Notes: a model not told the origin generated them from the letters alone. A DNA stretch of 64,000 bases from Candidatus Omnitrophota bacterium (GCA_043814965.1 JBDRJN010000003.1:68564-132563), one strand, 5' to 3'; positions 28,407 to 40,080 are shown, counted from the stretch's first letter. Made by a program: numbers and translations.

Positions 28407-30461
28407 TTATCCTACCGTTATCTGCGGTAATCTCGCTAGATCCGCGACATTCTCCGAATAAAGACTGTTTATTGCTTTCATCAAAGAAAGCCTGTTCTTA
28501 CGTACTGCAGCATCCTCGACATTGACCATCACGTTGTCAAAAAACTCATGGAGCACTTTATAAAATGCCTCTGCATAAGCCAGTGTTGAGTCTTTATACA
28601 TCTCTTTTTTTATAAGGGCTTCTATCTTTTCCTTTGAATTGACATAAGAATCCCAGGCCTCTTTTTCCAGTTTCTCTTTAAACAGAGATGTATCTACTTT
28701 ACCTATATCTTCCTTTGAGGCCTTCAGGATGTTGCTGGTCCTTTCAACTACTTTTGCAGCTTGGGAAAAATATTTTGCATTACTTATAGATGATAGCTCT
28801 TTTATCCTCTTAAAGATACCTACTATGTCATAACTCCTGACCCCTAATACAGCCTTCTTTAATTCCGGAGGTCTGACATCTCCCATAAGGTAATCTATTC
28901 TTTCTTTGATATATTCCAGAGCTTTTTCTTTCAACGCTTCTTTTTCAAGCTTTAGCTTGCCTTGATAAAGCGCTATAGATCTTTCGATAAGCCTATCCAG
29001 CTGTATCCTTATGGAGTTTGTCTTTATGATCTGTATAAGCCCCTGCGAATTTCTTCTCAGGCCAAACGGGTCAAAGCTCCCGCTTATGTCAACGCCCATA
29101 CCCAGAAACCCGACTATATTATCTATCCTGTCAGATATAGCTAAAATAGACCCTGAAAGTGTCTCGGGAATATTGTCGTCCATGCCTTGAGGCAGGTATT
29201 GCTCTCCTATTGCCTCTGCGACCCTCTTATTCTCGCTGTTTTTTAAGGCGTAGACCTTGCCTATGACCCCCTGCAGGCTGGGAAACTCTCCGACCATGTG
29301 AGTCACCAGGTCCGCCTTTGAAAGATACGCAGCCCTCTCCACATCTTTTTTCAAAGAACTATCTTCTTTTAGCTCATCCGCCATGAAAGAAGCCAGTTTT
29401 TTCAGACGCTCAATTTTTTCGAACATATTACCTAACTCTTTCTGAAAAATCAAGTCTTTTAATTTAAATAAATTTTCTGAAAGAGGCCTTTTGGTATCCT
29501 CGACGAAGAAAAATAACGAGTCCTTTAATTTTGCTTCCAGGATAAATTCATAATTCTTTTTTATTGCCTTCATGTCGCGTTTTTTGCCATCTTCTATGAC
29601 TGCTATGAATTTGTTCACGAGCTTTTTATCTTTTACTACAGGAAATATCCTCTGATGCTTTGCCATGCTTGCCTTGAGTACGTCCTGGGGTAATTCTAAG
29701 AACTTTTTATCAAACCCCCCTATAAAGACCCTGGGAGAATTGACCAAAAAATTCACTTCTTCTAAGAGGTTATTATCTATCACCTCATCTGCGTCAAGTT
29801 CTTTCATGGAGCGCTTTACGAGGTTTTTTATCTCTTCTTTTCTAAAGCTGGCTTTTTTTAATTTTTTACAATATTTTTCCGGACTTGTGGCTTCCAGTAT
29901 CTCCTGAGGTACGCTGCCTATCTCTATAGGGATATTCTCTTTTCCGAATAATGCGGCTATTGATTTTATGGGCCTTGCAAAACTTACCCCCGAATCATCC
30001 CATTTCATTGTCTTTGGAAAAGGTATGGTCTTTATTATGAGCGGCGAGATCTCTTTTAGGATATCGATAGTATTGCGGGCATGTTTTTTCTTTTCAATGA
30101 CCACATACTCACCTCTTGGGGTGGGTTTTTCTTTTAAATCTTCCACTTTTACGCCGAGTTTTTTCGCAAAACCTATAGTAGCCATGGTAGGCGCACCGGA
30201 ACTATCGTATGCAATGTGTTTTGGAGGGCCCAGGATCTCTTCGAAAGACTCTTTTTGTTCTATAGGCAAGTCTTTTATATACGTACAAAGAGAATCTTTT
30301 GCTGCAAAAAGCACTATAGAAAGATCTTTCTCGTCTCTACCTAACAAGATACTTTCTTTTCTAAAGCTATTTTCCAGATAATCGCACGCGCCTTCAATAT
30401 AGCTCGCGGGAAGTTCCTCTGTCTTTATATCCAATAAAAAATCTCTGGTATCTTCTTTCAT
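28407..30461 (-). CDS. glyS: Glycine--tRNA ligase beta subunit
   Basis: [41 protein letters not shown]. Confidence 0.95.
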   Translation of the reverse strand: MKEDTRDFLLDIKTEELPASYIEGACDYLENSFRKESILLGRDEKDLSIVLFAAKDSLCTYIKDLPIEQKESFEEILGPPKHIAYDSSGAPTMATIGFAKKLGVKVEDLKEKPTPRGEYVVIEKKKHARNTIDILKEISPLIIKTIPFPKTMKWDDSGVSFARPIKSIAALFGKENIPIEIGSVPQEILEATSPEKYCKKLKKASFRKEEIKNLVKRSMKELDADEVIDNNLLEEVNFLVNSPRVFIGGFDKKFLELPQDVLKASMAKHQRIFPVVKDKKLVNKFIAVIEDGKKRDMKAIKKNYEFILEAKLKDSLFFFVEDTKRPLSENLFKLKDLIFQKELGNMFEKIERLKKLASFMADELKEDSSLKKDVERAAYLSKADLVTHMVGEFPSLQGVIGKVYALKNSENKRVAEAIGEQYLPQGMDDNIPETLSGSILAISDRIDNIVGFLGMGVDISGSFDPFGLRRNSQGLIQIIKTNSIRIQLDRLIERSIALYQGKLKLEKEALKEKALEYIKERIDYLMGDVRPPELKKAVLGVRSYDIVGIFKRIKELSSISNAKYFSQAAKVVERTSNILKASKEDIGKVDTSLFKEKLEKEAWDSYVNSKEKIEALIKKEMYKDSTLAYAEAFYKVLHEFFDNVMVNVEDAAVRKNRLSLMKAINSLYSENVADLARLPQITVG

Positions 30462-31306
30462 CTTTTATCCAAATAACTCTCTGCGCATCTTTTGGCTAAT
30501 GACCTGATCCTGCCGATATATCGAGGGCGCTCATTCTGGCTCACAGCGCCTCTTGCATCCAGGATATTAAATGCATGAGATGCCTTCAGGACAAAACTAT
30601 ACGCAGGATATAAAAGGTCTTTTTCTAAAAGCCCTTTTGCCTCTTTCTCAAAGTCCTCGAAGAGCTTGAGGTACATATCTATACTTGCTTCGTCAAAATT
30701 ATATTTTGAGCCCTGTATCTCTTGAGTTCTGTGCAGGTCTCCATAGCTTATGCCTCTCTGCCACTCAAGGTCAAAGACATTGAACTTATTCTGGATGAAC
30801 ATACAAATTCTTTCAAGCCCATAAGTTATCTCGCATGGTACAAGATCAAGCTCTATACCGCCTATTTGCTGAAAATACGTGAACTGCGTGATCTCCAGAC
30901 TATCAAGCCAGACCTCCCATCCAAGCCCTGACGCGCCAAGCGTAGGGGATTCCCAGTCATCTTCCACAAACCTCACCTCGTGCTTTTCAATGTCAATACC
31001 CAGCGCCTTTAGACTATCCAGGTATATCTTTTTTATATCTTTAGGGCTTGGTTTTATAAGGACTTGATACTGGTAATAAAACTGCATCCTAAGGGGGTTA
31101 TCCGCATATCTACCATCAGTAGGCCGCCTTGATGGCTGGACGTATGCAGTGTTCCATTTGTCGTTTCCCAGTGATCTAAAAAAAGTGGCTGGATGAAAAG
31201 TACCTGCGCCTACTTCTGTATCAAGAGGCTGCACAAGCGTGCATCCTCTCTTGCTCCAATAAGCATTAAGCTTATCAATGACCTCTACAAATGTCAATTT
31301 TTTCAT
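30458..31306 (-). CDS. glyQ: Glycine--tRNA ligase alpha subunit
   Basis: [34 protein letters not shown]. Confidence 0.97.
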   Translation of the reverse strand: MKKLTFVEVIDKLNAYWSKRGCTLVQPLDTEVGAGTFHPATFFRSLGNDKWNTAYVQPSRRPTDGRYADNPLRMQFYYQYQVLIKPSPKDIKKIYLDSLKALGIDIEKHEVRFVEDDWESPTLGASGLGWEVWLDSLEITQFTYFQQIGGIELDLVPCEITYGLERICMFIQNKFNVFDLEWQRGISYGDLHRTQEIQGSKYNFDEASIDMYLKLFEDFEKEAKGLLEKDLLYPAYSFVLKASHAFNILDARGAVSQNERPRYIGRIRSLAKRCAESYLDKR

Positions 31307-31310
31307 ATCT

Positions 31311-31949
31311 TTATCCTTTAAAAACTTTACTGGTCTTCAGGGGCCTGTCCAGGTTTTTATTTATTATATCCTCGGTTACGTTCCTGATCTCCTGCTCGAC
31401 ATCACTGGCTAATTTGATCTTTGACGAAAGCTCCCAGTTGGATTCTTCAAAGTTCTTGAGGGTCGACATAGCGCCTTTTGTCAATTTATACATATCCCTG
31501 CCAGGCCAGAGGCCCAAAGAACCCAAAAACTTCACTTCAAAAAGCCTTGCCACTGACAAAGGTTCTTTTTTGTTGTCCAGCGATATAAAGGCATTCAACA
31601 TGTTCTCAAAAAGGCCTTTATCCTCACTGCCAGGCTCTGTAAATATATCTACAAGTTCGATTATATAATAAGCTATATGAGCTCTATCCCAATCCTGCAG
31701 TATATTTAGAAATATCCTTTCGGTCTCACACTGTGATATCGTAAAGATATCCCTCTTGTTTTCGTAAAAGACTACCTGATCAAGGCTGAAGAACAAAGGC
31801 TTTATCACGCTTCTAGCCCTAGAACCCCTTGCGCCCTTTAACACGCCATTGATCTTGCCAAAATCCCTGGTAAAATAGCTGACTATAAGACTAGTTTCCC
31901 TCAGGTCCCTCTTTTTTAAAAGCAGTCCTACTGTTTTCTGTATCGCCAT
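31311..31949 (-). CDS. recO: DNA repair protein RecO (short, no Cys zinc finger)
   Basis: OB-fold N-terminus ([22 protein letters not shown]); located upstream of glyQ. Confidence 0.85.
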   Translation of the reverse strand: MAIQKTVGLLLKKRDLRETSLIVSYFTRDFGKINGVLKGARGSRARSVIKPLFFSLDQVVFYENKRDIFTISQCETERIFLNILQDWDRAHIAYYIIELVDIFTEPGSEDKGLFENMLNAFISLDNKKEPLSVARLFEVKFLGSLGLWPGRDMYKLTKGAMSTLKNFEESNWELSSKIKLASDVEQEIRNVTEDIINKNLDRPLKTSKVFKG

Positions 31950-32565
31950 AATAATTTTTAGGGTTTACCGCGCCTCCTGAAATAACTATCTTCATACCTT
32001 CAGCGACTGACATCCTCATAGGTATAGTCTCCTCCGCAGGCACCAGGGTAAGTATCCCAGAGGTCGGATTAGGGGTGGTCGGTATAAATACGTTTAGAAA
32101 CTCTTTACCGATCCTTTCCCTTACTTCACCTTTCGTCTCTCCTATCACAAAGCCAAACTGGAATATGCCTTTTCTTGGATATTCTACAAGGACTACTCTT
32201 TTAAATATAGTATCTTTCTGTATAAAAAACGCAAAGGATATCTCTTTGATGGTCCTATAGACTATATTTATCATGGGTACTTTATACAGGATCTTTTCCC
32301 CAAAACCAAATACATTACGCAATATCAATATCCTCGTAGCAAAACCTATCAATATCACAAGGACTATTAATACAAAAAATATAGCTGCCTTTATAAGGAC
32401 GTCTACATTCTCCGGCGGTAACCAGTGATACAAAAAAGTCGCTATAGGCTCTAAAAGCATCCTATTGAATTTATCGATTACAAAATAGAACAACCAAAAT
32501 GTTACGATCAAAGGTATCAAGACTAAAAAACCTGTCAAAAAATTAGCTCTTATTCTCTTAAACAT
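31891..32565 (-). CDS. DUF502 membrane protein
   Basis: FLTGFLVLIP, LVEYPRKG, VFIPTTPNPTSG. Confidence 0.9.
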   Translation of the reverse strand: MFKRIRANFLTGFLVLIPLIVTFWLFYFVIDKFNRMLLEPIATFLYHWLPPENVDVLIKAAIFFVLIVLVILIGFATRILILRNVFGFGEKILYKVPMINIVYRTIKEISFAFFIQKDTIFKRVVLVEYPRKGIFQFGFVIGETKGEVRERIGKEFLNVFIPTTPNPTSGILTLVPAEETIPMRMSVAEGMKIVISGGAVNPKNYYGDTENSRTAFKKEGPEGN

Positions 32566-32566
32566 A

Positions 32567-33268
32567 TCATCCTCTCAACAATTGAAACAATAAAAGTGTT
32601 ACCAGTACACCCATGCTTGAACCTATAAAGACCTCGAACCAGGAATGTACCTTATCTTTTATCCTGCTTCTAGCGACTAAAAAAGCCAATATAAACACTA
32701 AAAAGATAACCAATCTATTTGGATAAAGAAGCGATATTATCGTCCATATGGAAAAAGATACTGCGCTATGCCCGCTAGGCATGCCGCCCCTAAAAGGCGT
32801 CCCGCTATTGAGGCCTATCTTGCTGAATACGACCAATGCCAATACAAATATAAGTACTATAAAAGTCAGGTGCCAGCTTGATCCCCGTATCTTTATGATA
32901 TTTTGCTCTAACCTGAATCCGACCCTGCTTGTAAATAAAATATATCCGACTACAATGGAAGAGATCGCCCCCAGCAGCACAGCTCCCGCGCATATGTCTT
33001 TTATGATCCTTGCCAGCGGATGAAACTCTTCTTTTATAAGATCAATAGTGTGTTCCAGGGCTGTATTAAGCATCTCCGCAAACAAAACAAAGGTTATTGT
33101 AAGACATAGGGCTATTATTTCTAAATTTGTAAAATTAAGGATAAGCCCCAGCAAGATAACGCTAAGTCCTATTAAAAAATGAAGCCTCATGTTACGCTGG
33201 GTCTTAAATACATATATAAAGCCTTCTATCGCGGAATTAAAACTGTCTACCAGCCTGCCCTGCTTCAC
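32567..33268 (-). CDS. dgkA: Diacylglycerol/undecaprenol kinase fused to a PAP2-like domain
   Basis: QRNMRLH, EMLNTALE, KDICAGAV, then GGMPSGHS..SR..H (PAP2). Confidence 0.88.
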   Translation of the reverse strand: MKQGRLVDSFNSAIEGFIYVFKTQRNMRLHFLIGLSVILLGLILNFTNLEIIALCLTITFVLFAEMLNTALEHTIDLIKEEFHPLARIIKDICAGAVLLGAISSIVVGYILFTSRVGFRLEQNIIKIRGSSWHLTFIVLIFVLALVVFSKIGLNSGTPFRGGMPSGHSAVSFSIWTIISLLYPNRLVIFLVFILAFLVARSRIKDKVHSWFEVFIGSSMGVLVTLLLFQLLRG

Positions 33269-33693
33269 ATCGCCTCCAGTAATTCTTTTTGCTTATTATT
33301 CATCTTGTTTCTAAAGGCCTCTTTGTCATCCCGATAGCCCAGTAGATGCAGGATGCCATGCACGAGATACAATTCTATCTCTTTCTGGATAGGCCTTTTT
33401 CTCCTCATAGCCTCTCTCCTGGCAGTTTCAAGAGATATTACAACATCTCCTAAGATAGAGCTGTCTTCTCTTGATCCCTTGCCTTCTCTCATTGAAAAAG
33501 CCAATACATCGGTTTTTTTGTCTATCCTGCGATATTTCTTGTTAAGTTTTTTTATATATCCATCATCCACGAACAATAGGCTCAACTCGCTTTTTGCTTC
33601 TTTCATTGCCCTCAAGACCTGCCTGGCGCAATAAAGTACTTTTTTCTTATCTATATCTACAATACTCTGCAGGTCCAATAGGTCTATATTCAT
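33265..33693 (-). CDS. ybeY: Endoribonuclease YbeY
   Basis: TDVLAF, LGDVVIS, HGILHLLGYRD. Confidence 0.95.
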   Translation of the reverse strand: MNIDLLDLQSIVDIDKKKVLYCARQVLRAMKEAKSELSLLFVDDGYIKKLNKKYRRIDKKTDVLAFSMREGKGSREDSSILGDVVISLETARREAMRRKRPIQKEIELYLVHGILHLLGYRDDKEAFRNKMNNKQKELLEAM

Positions 33694-35870
33694 CTCTTTT
33701 GTGTCGTAGCATCGTCCTGATCAGGATATTCTACCCTGGTATGAAATATCCCTGTAAGTATATGTGTAAATATCCCTGCTATCTTTTCAAGGTCGCTAAG
33801 GGTCAGATCACACTCGTCCAACTGCCCGTCTATAAACTTATTGTTTATGATCTTCCTTACCAGGCCTTTTACCCTGGAAGGTGTAGGGTCATCCAATGAA
33901 CGCGATGCAGCTTCTACTGAATCAGCCAAAAGTACACTCGCAGCTTCTTTTGTCTGGGGTTTTGGCCCTGGATACCTAAAGGACTGCTCACCGACTTCTT
34001 CATCGTTCTTTATTTTTTCAAGGGCTCGCTTGAAAAAATAAAAAACAACCCCTGTGCCATGGTGCTGATTTATTATATCTATTATCTTTTTATTAAGCTT
34101 GTAATTCTTTGCCATCTCCACGCCATTTTTAACATGGCTTGTTATGATGAGGCTGCTCATAGTGGGAGATAATTTATCGTGGCTGGACTCTCCCATACCT
34201 TGATTTTCACTAAAATAAGAGGACTTTTCTAGTTTTCCTATATCATGAAAATAAGACCCGACCCTTGCAAGAAGTGAATTCGCACCTATTGCTTCACATG
34301 CAGCTTCAGCAAGGTTTCCGACAACTAGACTATGGTGATATGTGCCAGGCGCCTTTATGACCATTTCTTTTAAAAGCGGGTGATTGAGGTCAGCTAATTC
34401 CAGAAGGCTTATATCAGTGGATATTTTGAAGATGTTCTCAAAAAACGGCAATATGCCTGCTACTATTATCGCTGACATTATACCATTGGCTAGGCCAAAA
34501 AGGGATTCTGTGATGTAGGTATTAAAATCTAATGCCCTTATAAGGCCCATTGCTATAAAATAACTCATATTAGCACAACCTACTGATAGGCCAGCTTGCA
34601 GGATCTGCGACCTTCTCCTCACGCCTCTCATTGCAAAAATACCTATTATACCTCCTACAAGAGAAACCCCTGTTATGTCCAACCTATTTCCTGATATCAT
34701 GCCTACCAATACACTCAAAACACATGTTGTTACAAGCGCCAGGCGGCTATTTATGAGTACCGCTATCAACATAGATGCCACCGAAACAGGTACTAAATTA
34801 CTTGGCCAGGGAGATGCTATTATGATCTTTGATGTCAATATCATAGAAACGCATATAACCGCCAAGAGGACCATTTCTTTGTTGCCTTTTACAAGTTCAG
34901 TGTCATAGAATCTTATATATAAGGAAAGCAGCAATATAAACAACCCCACCAATATACTTATAGCAAAGATATTTCCAAGCCTCATAGCTTGCGATTCATT
35001 CTGATGTATCCCTTTTAATTTTGCTATATGCAATTTTCCTATACGCTCTCCTTTATTGATAATGATCTCGTTCTTTTTGACTTCTATTCTCCTATATATA
35101 GGCTCTATCCCTGAAAGCATGGTACGGATCTCGGTTTCAAGTTCTTCCTTGTTTGGCATGGCATTGATATTCAACATTGCGTTGATAAGCTCTTTTGCTA
35201 CAGGCCTCTCTTTTTTATCCTTTATGATAGCTGAGGCGTCTTCTATCTTTCTTTTTATGCTCTCAAACGTAAATAACTTGCCTATATCAACGACTTCCTC
35301 ATTTTGGATGCCTCTCGTGCGTAATCTGGCGCCTTTATATTGTTTATTGCTAAGGGCTTCATGATCGGAAACCGACACTATGTATTCCGACATTATATCT
35401 TTCAATACGATCGAAGTATCTTCCAGGAACTTCTTAATGTCTTTTATCCCCAAAACACTCTCTACGGTTACCTCTGAAAGATTATATTCAGCGGATATCT
35501 TTTTGATCTCTACCTTCATATCTTCAGGGGTCTTACCTGGTAATTCTCCTATAGATCCCATAAGGCCTGTCAGTTTTTTCAAGACATTTTCTTCTGCGCT
35601 CGGCTCATATGTAAATATAGGCAGTATCTTACCCGTGGCTTCTTTCTTGGCCTTTTCAGTAGCATCCGAATCTATATCGCCTTTTATGGTAAAATTGTAT
35701 GGCGCGTAAATATCCCTCAAGGCTATATCGCCTTCCCTAAAACCTGATTCAAAGAGCCCTTTGTCCCACTGCATTATAAAAACAAGAGCGCCGCAAGTCA
35801 AAACAGCGATCACGATATGACTCAGCAGGTTAGTATTTTTAATGGCCTTCTTTTTCAATATATTCTTCAT
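33690..35870 (-). CDS. 7TM-HD (HDIG) membrane phosphohydrolase, PgpH-like
   Basis: Extracellular 7TMR-HDED region, 7 TM helices, APGTYHHS, HDIGK, LADSVEAASR. Confidence 0.92.
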   Translation of the reverse strand: MKNILKKKAIKNTNLLSHIVIAVLTCGALVFIMQWDKGLFESGFREGDIALRDIYAPYNFTIKGDIDSDATEKAKKEATGKILPIFTYEPSAEENVLKKLTGLMGSIGELPGKTPEDMKVEIKKISAEYNLSEVTVESVLGIKDIKKFLEDTSIVLKDIMSEYIVSVSDHEALSNKQYKGARLRTRGIQNEEVVDIGKLFTFESIKRKIEDASAIIKDKKERPVAKELINAMLNINAMPNKEELETEIRTMLSGIEPIYRRIEVKKNEIIINKGERIGKLHIAKLKGIHQNESQAMRLGNIFAISILVGLFILLLSLYIRFYDTELVKGNKEMVLLAVICVSMILTSKIIIASPWPSNLVPVSVASMLIAVLINSRLALVTTCVLSVLVGMISGNRLDITGVSLVGGIIGIFAMRGVRRRSQILQAGLSVGCANMSYFIAMGLIRALDFNTYITESLFGLANGIMSAIIVAGILPFFENIFKISTDISLLELADLNHPLLKEMVIKAPGTYHHSLVVGNLAEAACEAIGANSLLARVGSYFHDIGKLEKSSYFSENQGMGESSHDKLSPTMSSLIITSHVKNGVEMAKNYKLNKKIIDIINQHHGTGVVFYFFKRALEKIKNDEEVGEQSFRYPGPKPQTKEAASVLLADSVEAASRSLDDPTPSRVKGLVRKIINNKFIDGQLDECDLTLSDLEKIAGIFTHILTGIFHTRVEYPDQDDATTQKR

Positions 35871-36820
35871 GTCCTGTCCTTATGTTTTTCATAGGCCTTG
35901 ATTATCTCTTGAACCAAGGGGTGCCTTACTACATCCTGGCCGGTAAAGTTTACAAAATCAATATCCTTTATATCCTTGAGTACTTCGTATGCATGACTGA
36001 GGCCTGAGGCCTCTTTTGACGGTAGATCGCTCTGCGTAGCATCGCCTGTTATGACGGTCTTGGAATCAAAACCAAGCCTCGTAAGAAACATCTTCATCTG
36101 ATCTTTTGTGGAATTCTGCGCCTCATCCAATATCACAAAAGAATCGTTCAATGTGCGGCCCCTCATATATGCCAAGGGCGCAACCTCTATAACACCTCTT
36201 TCAATGCAATCCTGGATCTTGCTAGGCTCCATCATATCATACAATGCATCGTATAAAGGCCTTAAATAAGGCGTGACCTTCTCGTATAGATCTCCCGGTA
36301 AATATCCCAAACTTTCTCCAGCTTCGACTGCAGGGCGTGTAAGTATGATACGGGAGACAAGCTGTTTTTTTAACGCATTGACAGCCATGGCCATCGCTAG
36401 ATATGTTTTCCCTGTACCAGCCGGGCCCATACCAAATACAATATCAAATTTACGTATTGCATCAACATATCTCTTTTGCCCTGCTGTCTTAGGCGTTACG
36501 AACTGCCTTTTGGAAGAGACCTCTATTTTATCAAGATATATGTCTTGAATATCAAGTCCTGGATCTTTCTTAAAAGACCTTATAGAATAGGCTATCTCGT
36601 CTCTTTTTATCGCGCCGCCTTTACGCAATACCTCCAGAAGCTCCTCAAAAAGCCTTGAACTTTTCCCTACTGATTCCTTCCCGCCGCTAATGACCAATTT
36701 GTCTCCTCGAGAAATGATCTTTACCCCAAAACTTGACTCTACCAGCCTGAGGTTTTCATCACAGTTACCAAAAAGCGCTTTTGCTTCATTAGAGTTATTG
36801 AGGGCTATGATCTTTTCCAT
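35867..36820 (-). CDS. phoH: PhoH-like ATPase
   Basis: GPAGTGKT, RPAVEAGE, YMRGRT, DEAQN. Confidence 0.95.
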   Translation of the reverse strand: MEKIIALNNSNEAKALFGNCDENLRLVESSFGVKIISRGDKLVISGGKESVGKSSRLFEELLEVLRKGGAIKRDEIAYSIRSFKKDPGLDIQDIYLDKIEVSSKRQFVTPKTAGQKRYVDAIRKFDIVFGMGPAGTGKTYLAMAMAVNALKKQLVSRIILTRPAVEAGESLGYLPGDLYEKVTPYLRPLYDALYDMMEPSKIQDCIERGVIEVAPLAYMRGRTLNDSFVILDEAQNSTKDQMKMFLTRLGFDSKTVITGDATQSDLPSKEASGLSHAYEVLKDIKDIDFVNFTGQDVVRHPLVQEIIKAYEKHKDRT

Positions 36821-36827
36821 AATAACT

Positions 36828-37412
36828 CTAATTAGCAGGTATTATCAATTTCTGGCCAGGCTTGATAGTATCAGGGCTTTTTATAGTATCTTTGTTCTTC
36901 TCATAGATCTTTTTCCATAGCTTGACAGTACCGTACATCTTTTGGGATATTTTCTGTAAGGTGTCCCCTTTTTGGACAACATAGGTCTTCTTTTCCTCTT
37001 TTCCGGATGTCCCGCCAGAAGATCCCCCTCCCTGAGTCTCTATGTCTTGATATAAGGCCTTAGGCTTATCCTCTGTCTTAAAATCTTTGGAGGAAACAGA
37101 GACATCTTCCAAGCTATGCGTTTCTTTAGAGGACTTTTTATCTACCATATACCCTTTGTTCCCTTGCGAAGATTTATATCCTGTTTTTACCTTATCCGTT
37201 GAAGAAGGAAGTTCTATCTCTATGCCATACATCTTCTTTGTCTTCTTCTGGGCGCTTTCTTTGGAAATAGACTCGCTAGACCCTGCTAATATACCTCTAT
37301 TACCGCTAAGCTCCTGGTCTACCCTATCTACTTCATAAGAAGCTGTCCTCACTATACACCCTGCAAGAAAAACTGCGGCGATCAAGAAACTTAAATATAT
37401 GTACTTTTTCAT
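36828..37412 (-). CDS. LysM-domain lipoprotein
   Basis: Lipobox FLAGC; C-terminal YVVQKGDTLQKIS..IKPGQKLIIP. Confidence 0.88.
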   Translation of the reverse strand: MKKYIYLSFLIAAVFLAGCIVRTASYEVDRVDQELSGNRGILAGSSESISKESAQKKTKKMYGIEIELPSSTDKVKTGYKSSQGNKGYMVDKKSSKETHSLEDVSVSSKDFKTEDKPKALYQDIETQGGGSSGGTSGKEEKKTYVVQKGDTLQKISQKMYGTVKLWKKIYEKNKDTIKSPDTIKPGQKLIIPAN

Positions 37413-38800
37413 ACTGCCTCCTTCTTGGATCTTTCGATCTTTATCCCTAGTTCTTTCAACTGCTTGTCATCGACAAAAGACGGCTCCTCTGTCATGGGAG
37501 ATGCTGCCTTTTGAGTCTTTGGAAAAGCAATTACCTCTCTTATGCTTTCTACTCCGCACATCAAGGACAAAAGCCTGTCAAGCCCAAAAGCGATCCCTCC
37601 GTGAGGAGGCGCTCCATAATTAAAGGCCTCCAGTAAAAAACCAAACCTTTCTTTTGCAATATCCATATCCAGCCCTATACGCCTGAAAACCCTTTCCTGA
37701 AGCTCTCTATTATGTATCCTTATACTACCGCTTGCTATCTCGACCCCGTTTATTACCAAGTCATATGCCCTTGAACGCACTTTGCCAGGCGAAGATTCTA
37801 TGAGTTCTCTATCTTCTTCCAAAGGAGAGGTAAAAGGATGATGTTCCATATCCCATCTTTTTTCGTCTTCGTTAAACTTGAACAAAGGAAAATTTAAAAC
37901 CCATAAAAACTCAAAACCTTCCCCGTTTTTTCGTAAGTCAGGTTTATCTGTCTTGTAATTCTTCAGCGCCTCCTCGTGGGTCATCCTGGGAAATGGGGTC
38001 TTTAGCTCCACGCCTATAGATTCTTTGAACACATGATAAAACAATCTTTCTGTTATGCTAAATATATCGGATTCCTCTATAAAACTCATCTCCATATCAA
38101 GCTGTGTGAATTCAGGCTGCCTGTCAGCCCTTAAGTCTTCGTCCCTAAAGCATTTGGCTATTTGAAAATATCTTTCAAAACCAGCTACCATTAAAAGCTG
38201 TTTGAAGAGCTGCGGCGATTGAGGCAGCGCAAAGAATTTTCCCCAATTAAGCCTCGAAGGTACTAAAAAATCTCTTGCGCCTTCAGGCGTGGATTTAGTC
38301 AATATAGGGGTCTCGACTTCTATAAAACCGTCTTTATCTAAAAAATCTCTGATGGACTTACATACTCTATGGCGCAAAAATATCCTACCTTGGATCTCGT
38401 GCCGCCTCAGATCGATATATCTATATTTAAGCCTTACCTCTTCCGAGACATCGGTCATCTCATCCAGTTCAAATGGGGGCGTCTTTGATGTGTTTATTAT
38501 ATCGAGCTCCTCTACTCCAAGCTCCACTCCTCCTGTAAGTATCTTTGGATTATCCGTGCCTTTAGGCCTATTCTGCACAACGCCTGTCACTTTTATGACA
38601 TACTCGCTTCTCAATTCTTCAGCTAGCTTGTTCTTAAAAAATACTATTTGGGTAAGGCCGTACCTATCACGAAGGTCTACAAAGATTATCTTTCCGTGAT
38701 CGCGCCTTTTATGTACCCAGCCTATAAGCGTGGATTTTTTACCTATATCCGATACCCTCAATTCCCCGCATGTGTGTGTACGCTGTAATTTCATAGTCAT
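37409..38800 (-). CDS. aspS: Aspartate--tRNA ligase, probably non-discriminating, lacking the GAD insertion
   Basis: RTHTCGELR, RRDHG, STPEGARD, PQSPQ, FRDEDLR, GAPPHGG. Confidence 0.96.
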   Translation of the reverse strand: MTMKLQRTHTCGELRVSDIGKKSTLIGWVHKRRDHGKIIFVDLRDRYGLTQIVFFKNKLAEELRSEYVIKVTGVVQNRPKGTDNPKILTGGVELGVEELDIINTSKTPPFELDEMTDVSEEVRLKYRYIDLRRHEIQGRIFLRHRVCKSIRDFLDKDGFIEVETPILTKSTPEGARDFLVPSRLNWGKFFALPQSPQLFKQLLMVAGFERYFQIAKCFRDEDLRADRQPEFTQLDMEMSFIEESDIFSITERLFYHVFKESIGVELKTPFPRMTHEEALKNYKTDKPDLRKNGEGFEFLWVLNFPLFKFNEDEKRWDMEHHPFTSPLEEDRELIESSPGKVRSRAYDLVINGVEIASGSIRIHNRELQERVFRRIGLDMDIAKERFGFLLEAFNYGAPPHGGIAFGLDRLLSLMCGVESIREVIAFPKTQKAASPMTEEPSFVDDKQLKELGIKIERSKKEAV

Positions 38801-40080
38801 AGATCCTTTTCTTTGATAAAAGCCGCTTTCTGCAATATTGACCCTATATTATAGTCCGCTTCCTCCTGATCCCCTGAGGACATATCCTTAAAGACTACCT
38901 TGCCCCTCCTGATCTCGTCCTCTCCCAGTATGATAACAAACTTTGCGCCTTTTTTCTGGGCGCTTTTCATCTGAGACTTAAGATTTTTCTTTTCATATTC
39001 TATCTCATAGGAGATCTTTTTTTCCTGGGATATATTTGAATCTCTCAGCTTCATCAAGAGTTCGAATGTCTTTCCCTGTAAAACCTCTCCTGCGTTTACA
39101 ATAAAAAAATCCAGCGTGCTTTCTGGGCTCTTATCTGCTTCTTTCATTGCAAGCACGATCCTCTCCATGCCAAATGCAAATCCTATAGCAGGGGTAGGCT
39201 TTCCTCCCATATCCTTTATCAGATCATTATACCTGCCTCCAGCACAGATCGCATCTTTTGCCCCCAGATCCTCCTGCGTGACCTCGAACACGGTCTTGGT
39301 ATAATAGTCCAGGCCTCTTACTATTCTTTTGTCTATTATAAAATCAAGGCCCAGGCTTTTTAAGGCCTTTTTTAATTCTTCAAAGTGGCTGGCACAGCTA
39401 TCACATAAATGATCCGGGGCTATTAAACCGCTGACTATCTTTTTACACTCGGGATTCTTGCAATCGAATACCCTAAGGACATTCTTGTCAAAGCGCGCTT
39501 TACATTCTTCACACAGGCTGGATAAATGAGGCTTTATATTTTTTCTATGTTCTTTTATAAGTTTTATTTTATCCTCTTGGCAGCCAAGGCTATTTATCTT
39601 TAACTCTATCTTTTTTATTCCTATCTTTTCCAAAAATCTCACTGAAAGGGCGATGACCTCTGCGTCAAGAAAGGGGCTGTCAGACCCTATGGCCTCTACT
39701 CCCAGTTGATAAAATTGCCTCTGCCTGCCTTTTTGAGGCCTTTCACTCCTGAACATCGGGCCTATATAAAATAGTTTTGACAGGCTCTCTTTATTGTATA
39801 TTGAATTCTCTATGTATGCCCTTACTATTGAAGCTGTCGCTTCTGGCCTTAAAGAAATAGCCCTACCGCCCCTATCAGTAAAGGCGTACATCTCTTTTTG
39901 GACTATATCAGTAGCATTTCCTATGCTCCTAATAAATAAAGATGCCTCTTCAATGACAGGTGTCCTTATCTCTTTATAATCATATATAGCAAATATATCT
40001 CTGGCAGCAGCCTCAACGCGTTGCCACAATGCTGCTTCTTGAGGTAGGATATCTCTAGTCCCCCGTAATGCCTTTAGCAT
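38797..40080 (-). CDS. hisS: Histidine--tRNA ligase
   Basis: RGTRD, LRPEATA, RGLDYY, GGRY. Confidence 0.97.
   Translation of the reverse strand: MLKALRGTRDILPQEAALWQRVEAAARDIFAIYDYKEIRTPVIEEASLFIRSIGNATDIVQKEMYAFTDRGGRAISLRPEATASIVRAYIENSIYNKESLSKLFYIGPMFRSERPQKGRQRQFYQLGVEAIGSDSPFLDAEVIALSVRFLEKIGIKKIELKINSLGCQEDKIKLIKEHRKNIKPHLSSLCEECKARFDKNVLRVFDCKNPECKKIVSGLIAPDHLCDSCASHFEELKKALKSLGLDFIIDKRIVRGLDYYTKTVFEVTQEDLGAKDAICAGGRYNDLIKDMGGKPTPAIGFAFGMERIVLAMKEADKSPESTLDFFIVNAGEVLQGKTFELLMKLRDSNISQEKKISYEIEYEKKNLKSQMKSAQKKGAKFVIILGEDEIRRGKVVFKDMSSGDQEEADYNIGSILQKAAFIKEKDL

Noticed and set aside
25513-36820. phoH-HD-ybeY-dgkA-recO-glyQS-ppdK cluster and the DgkA-PAP2 fusion as novel
   Set aside because: This conserved neighbourhood and fusion are known from other bacteria.
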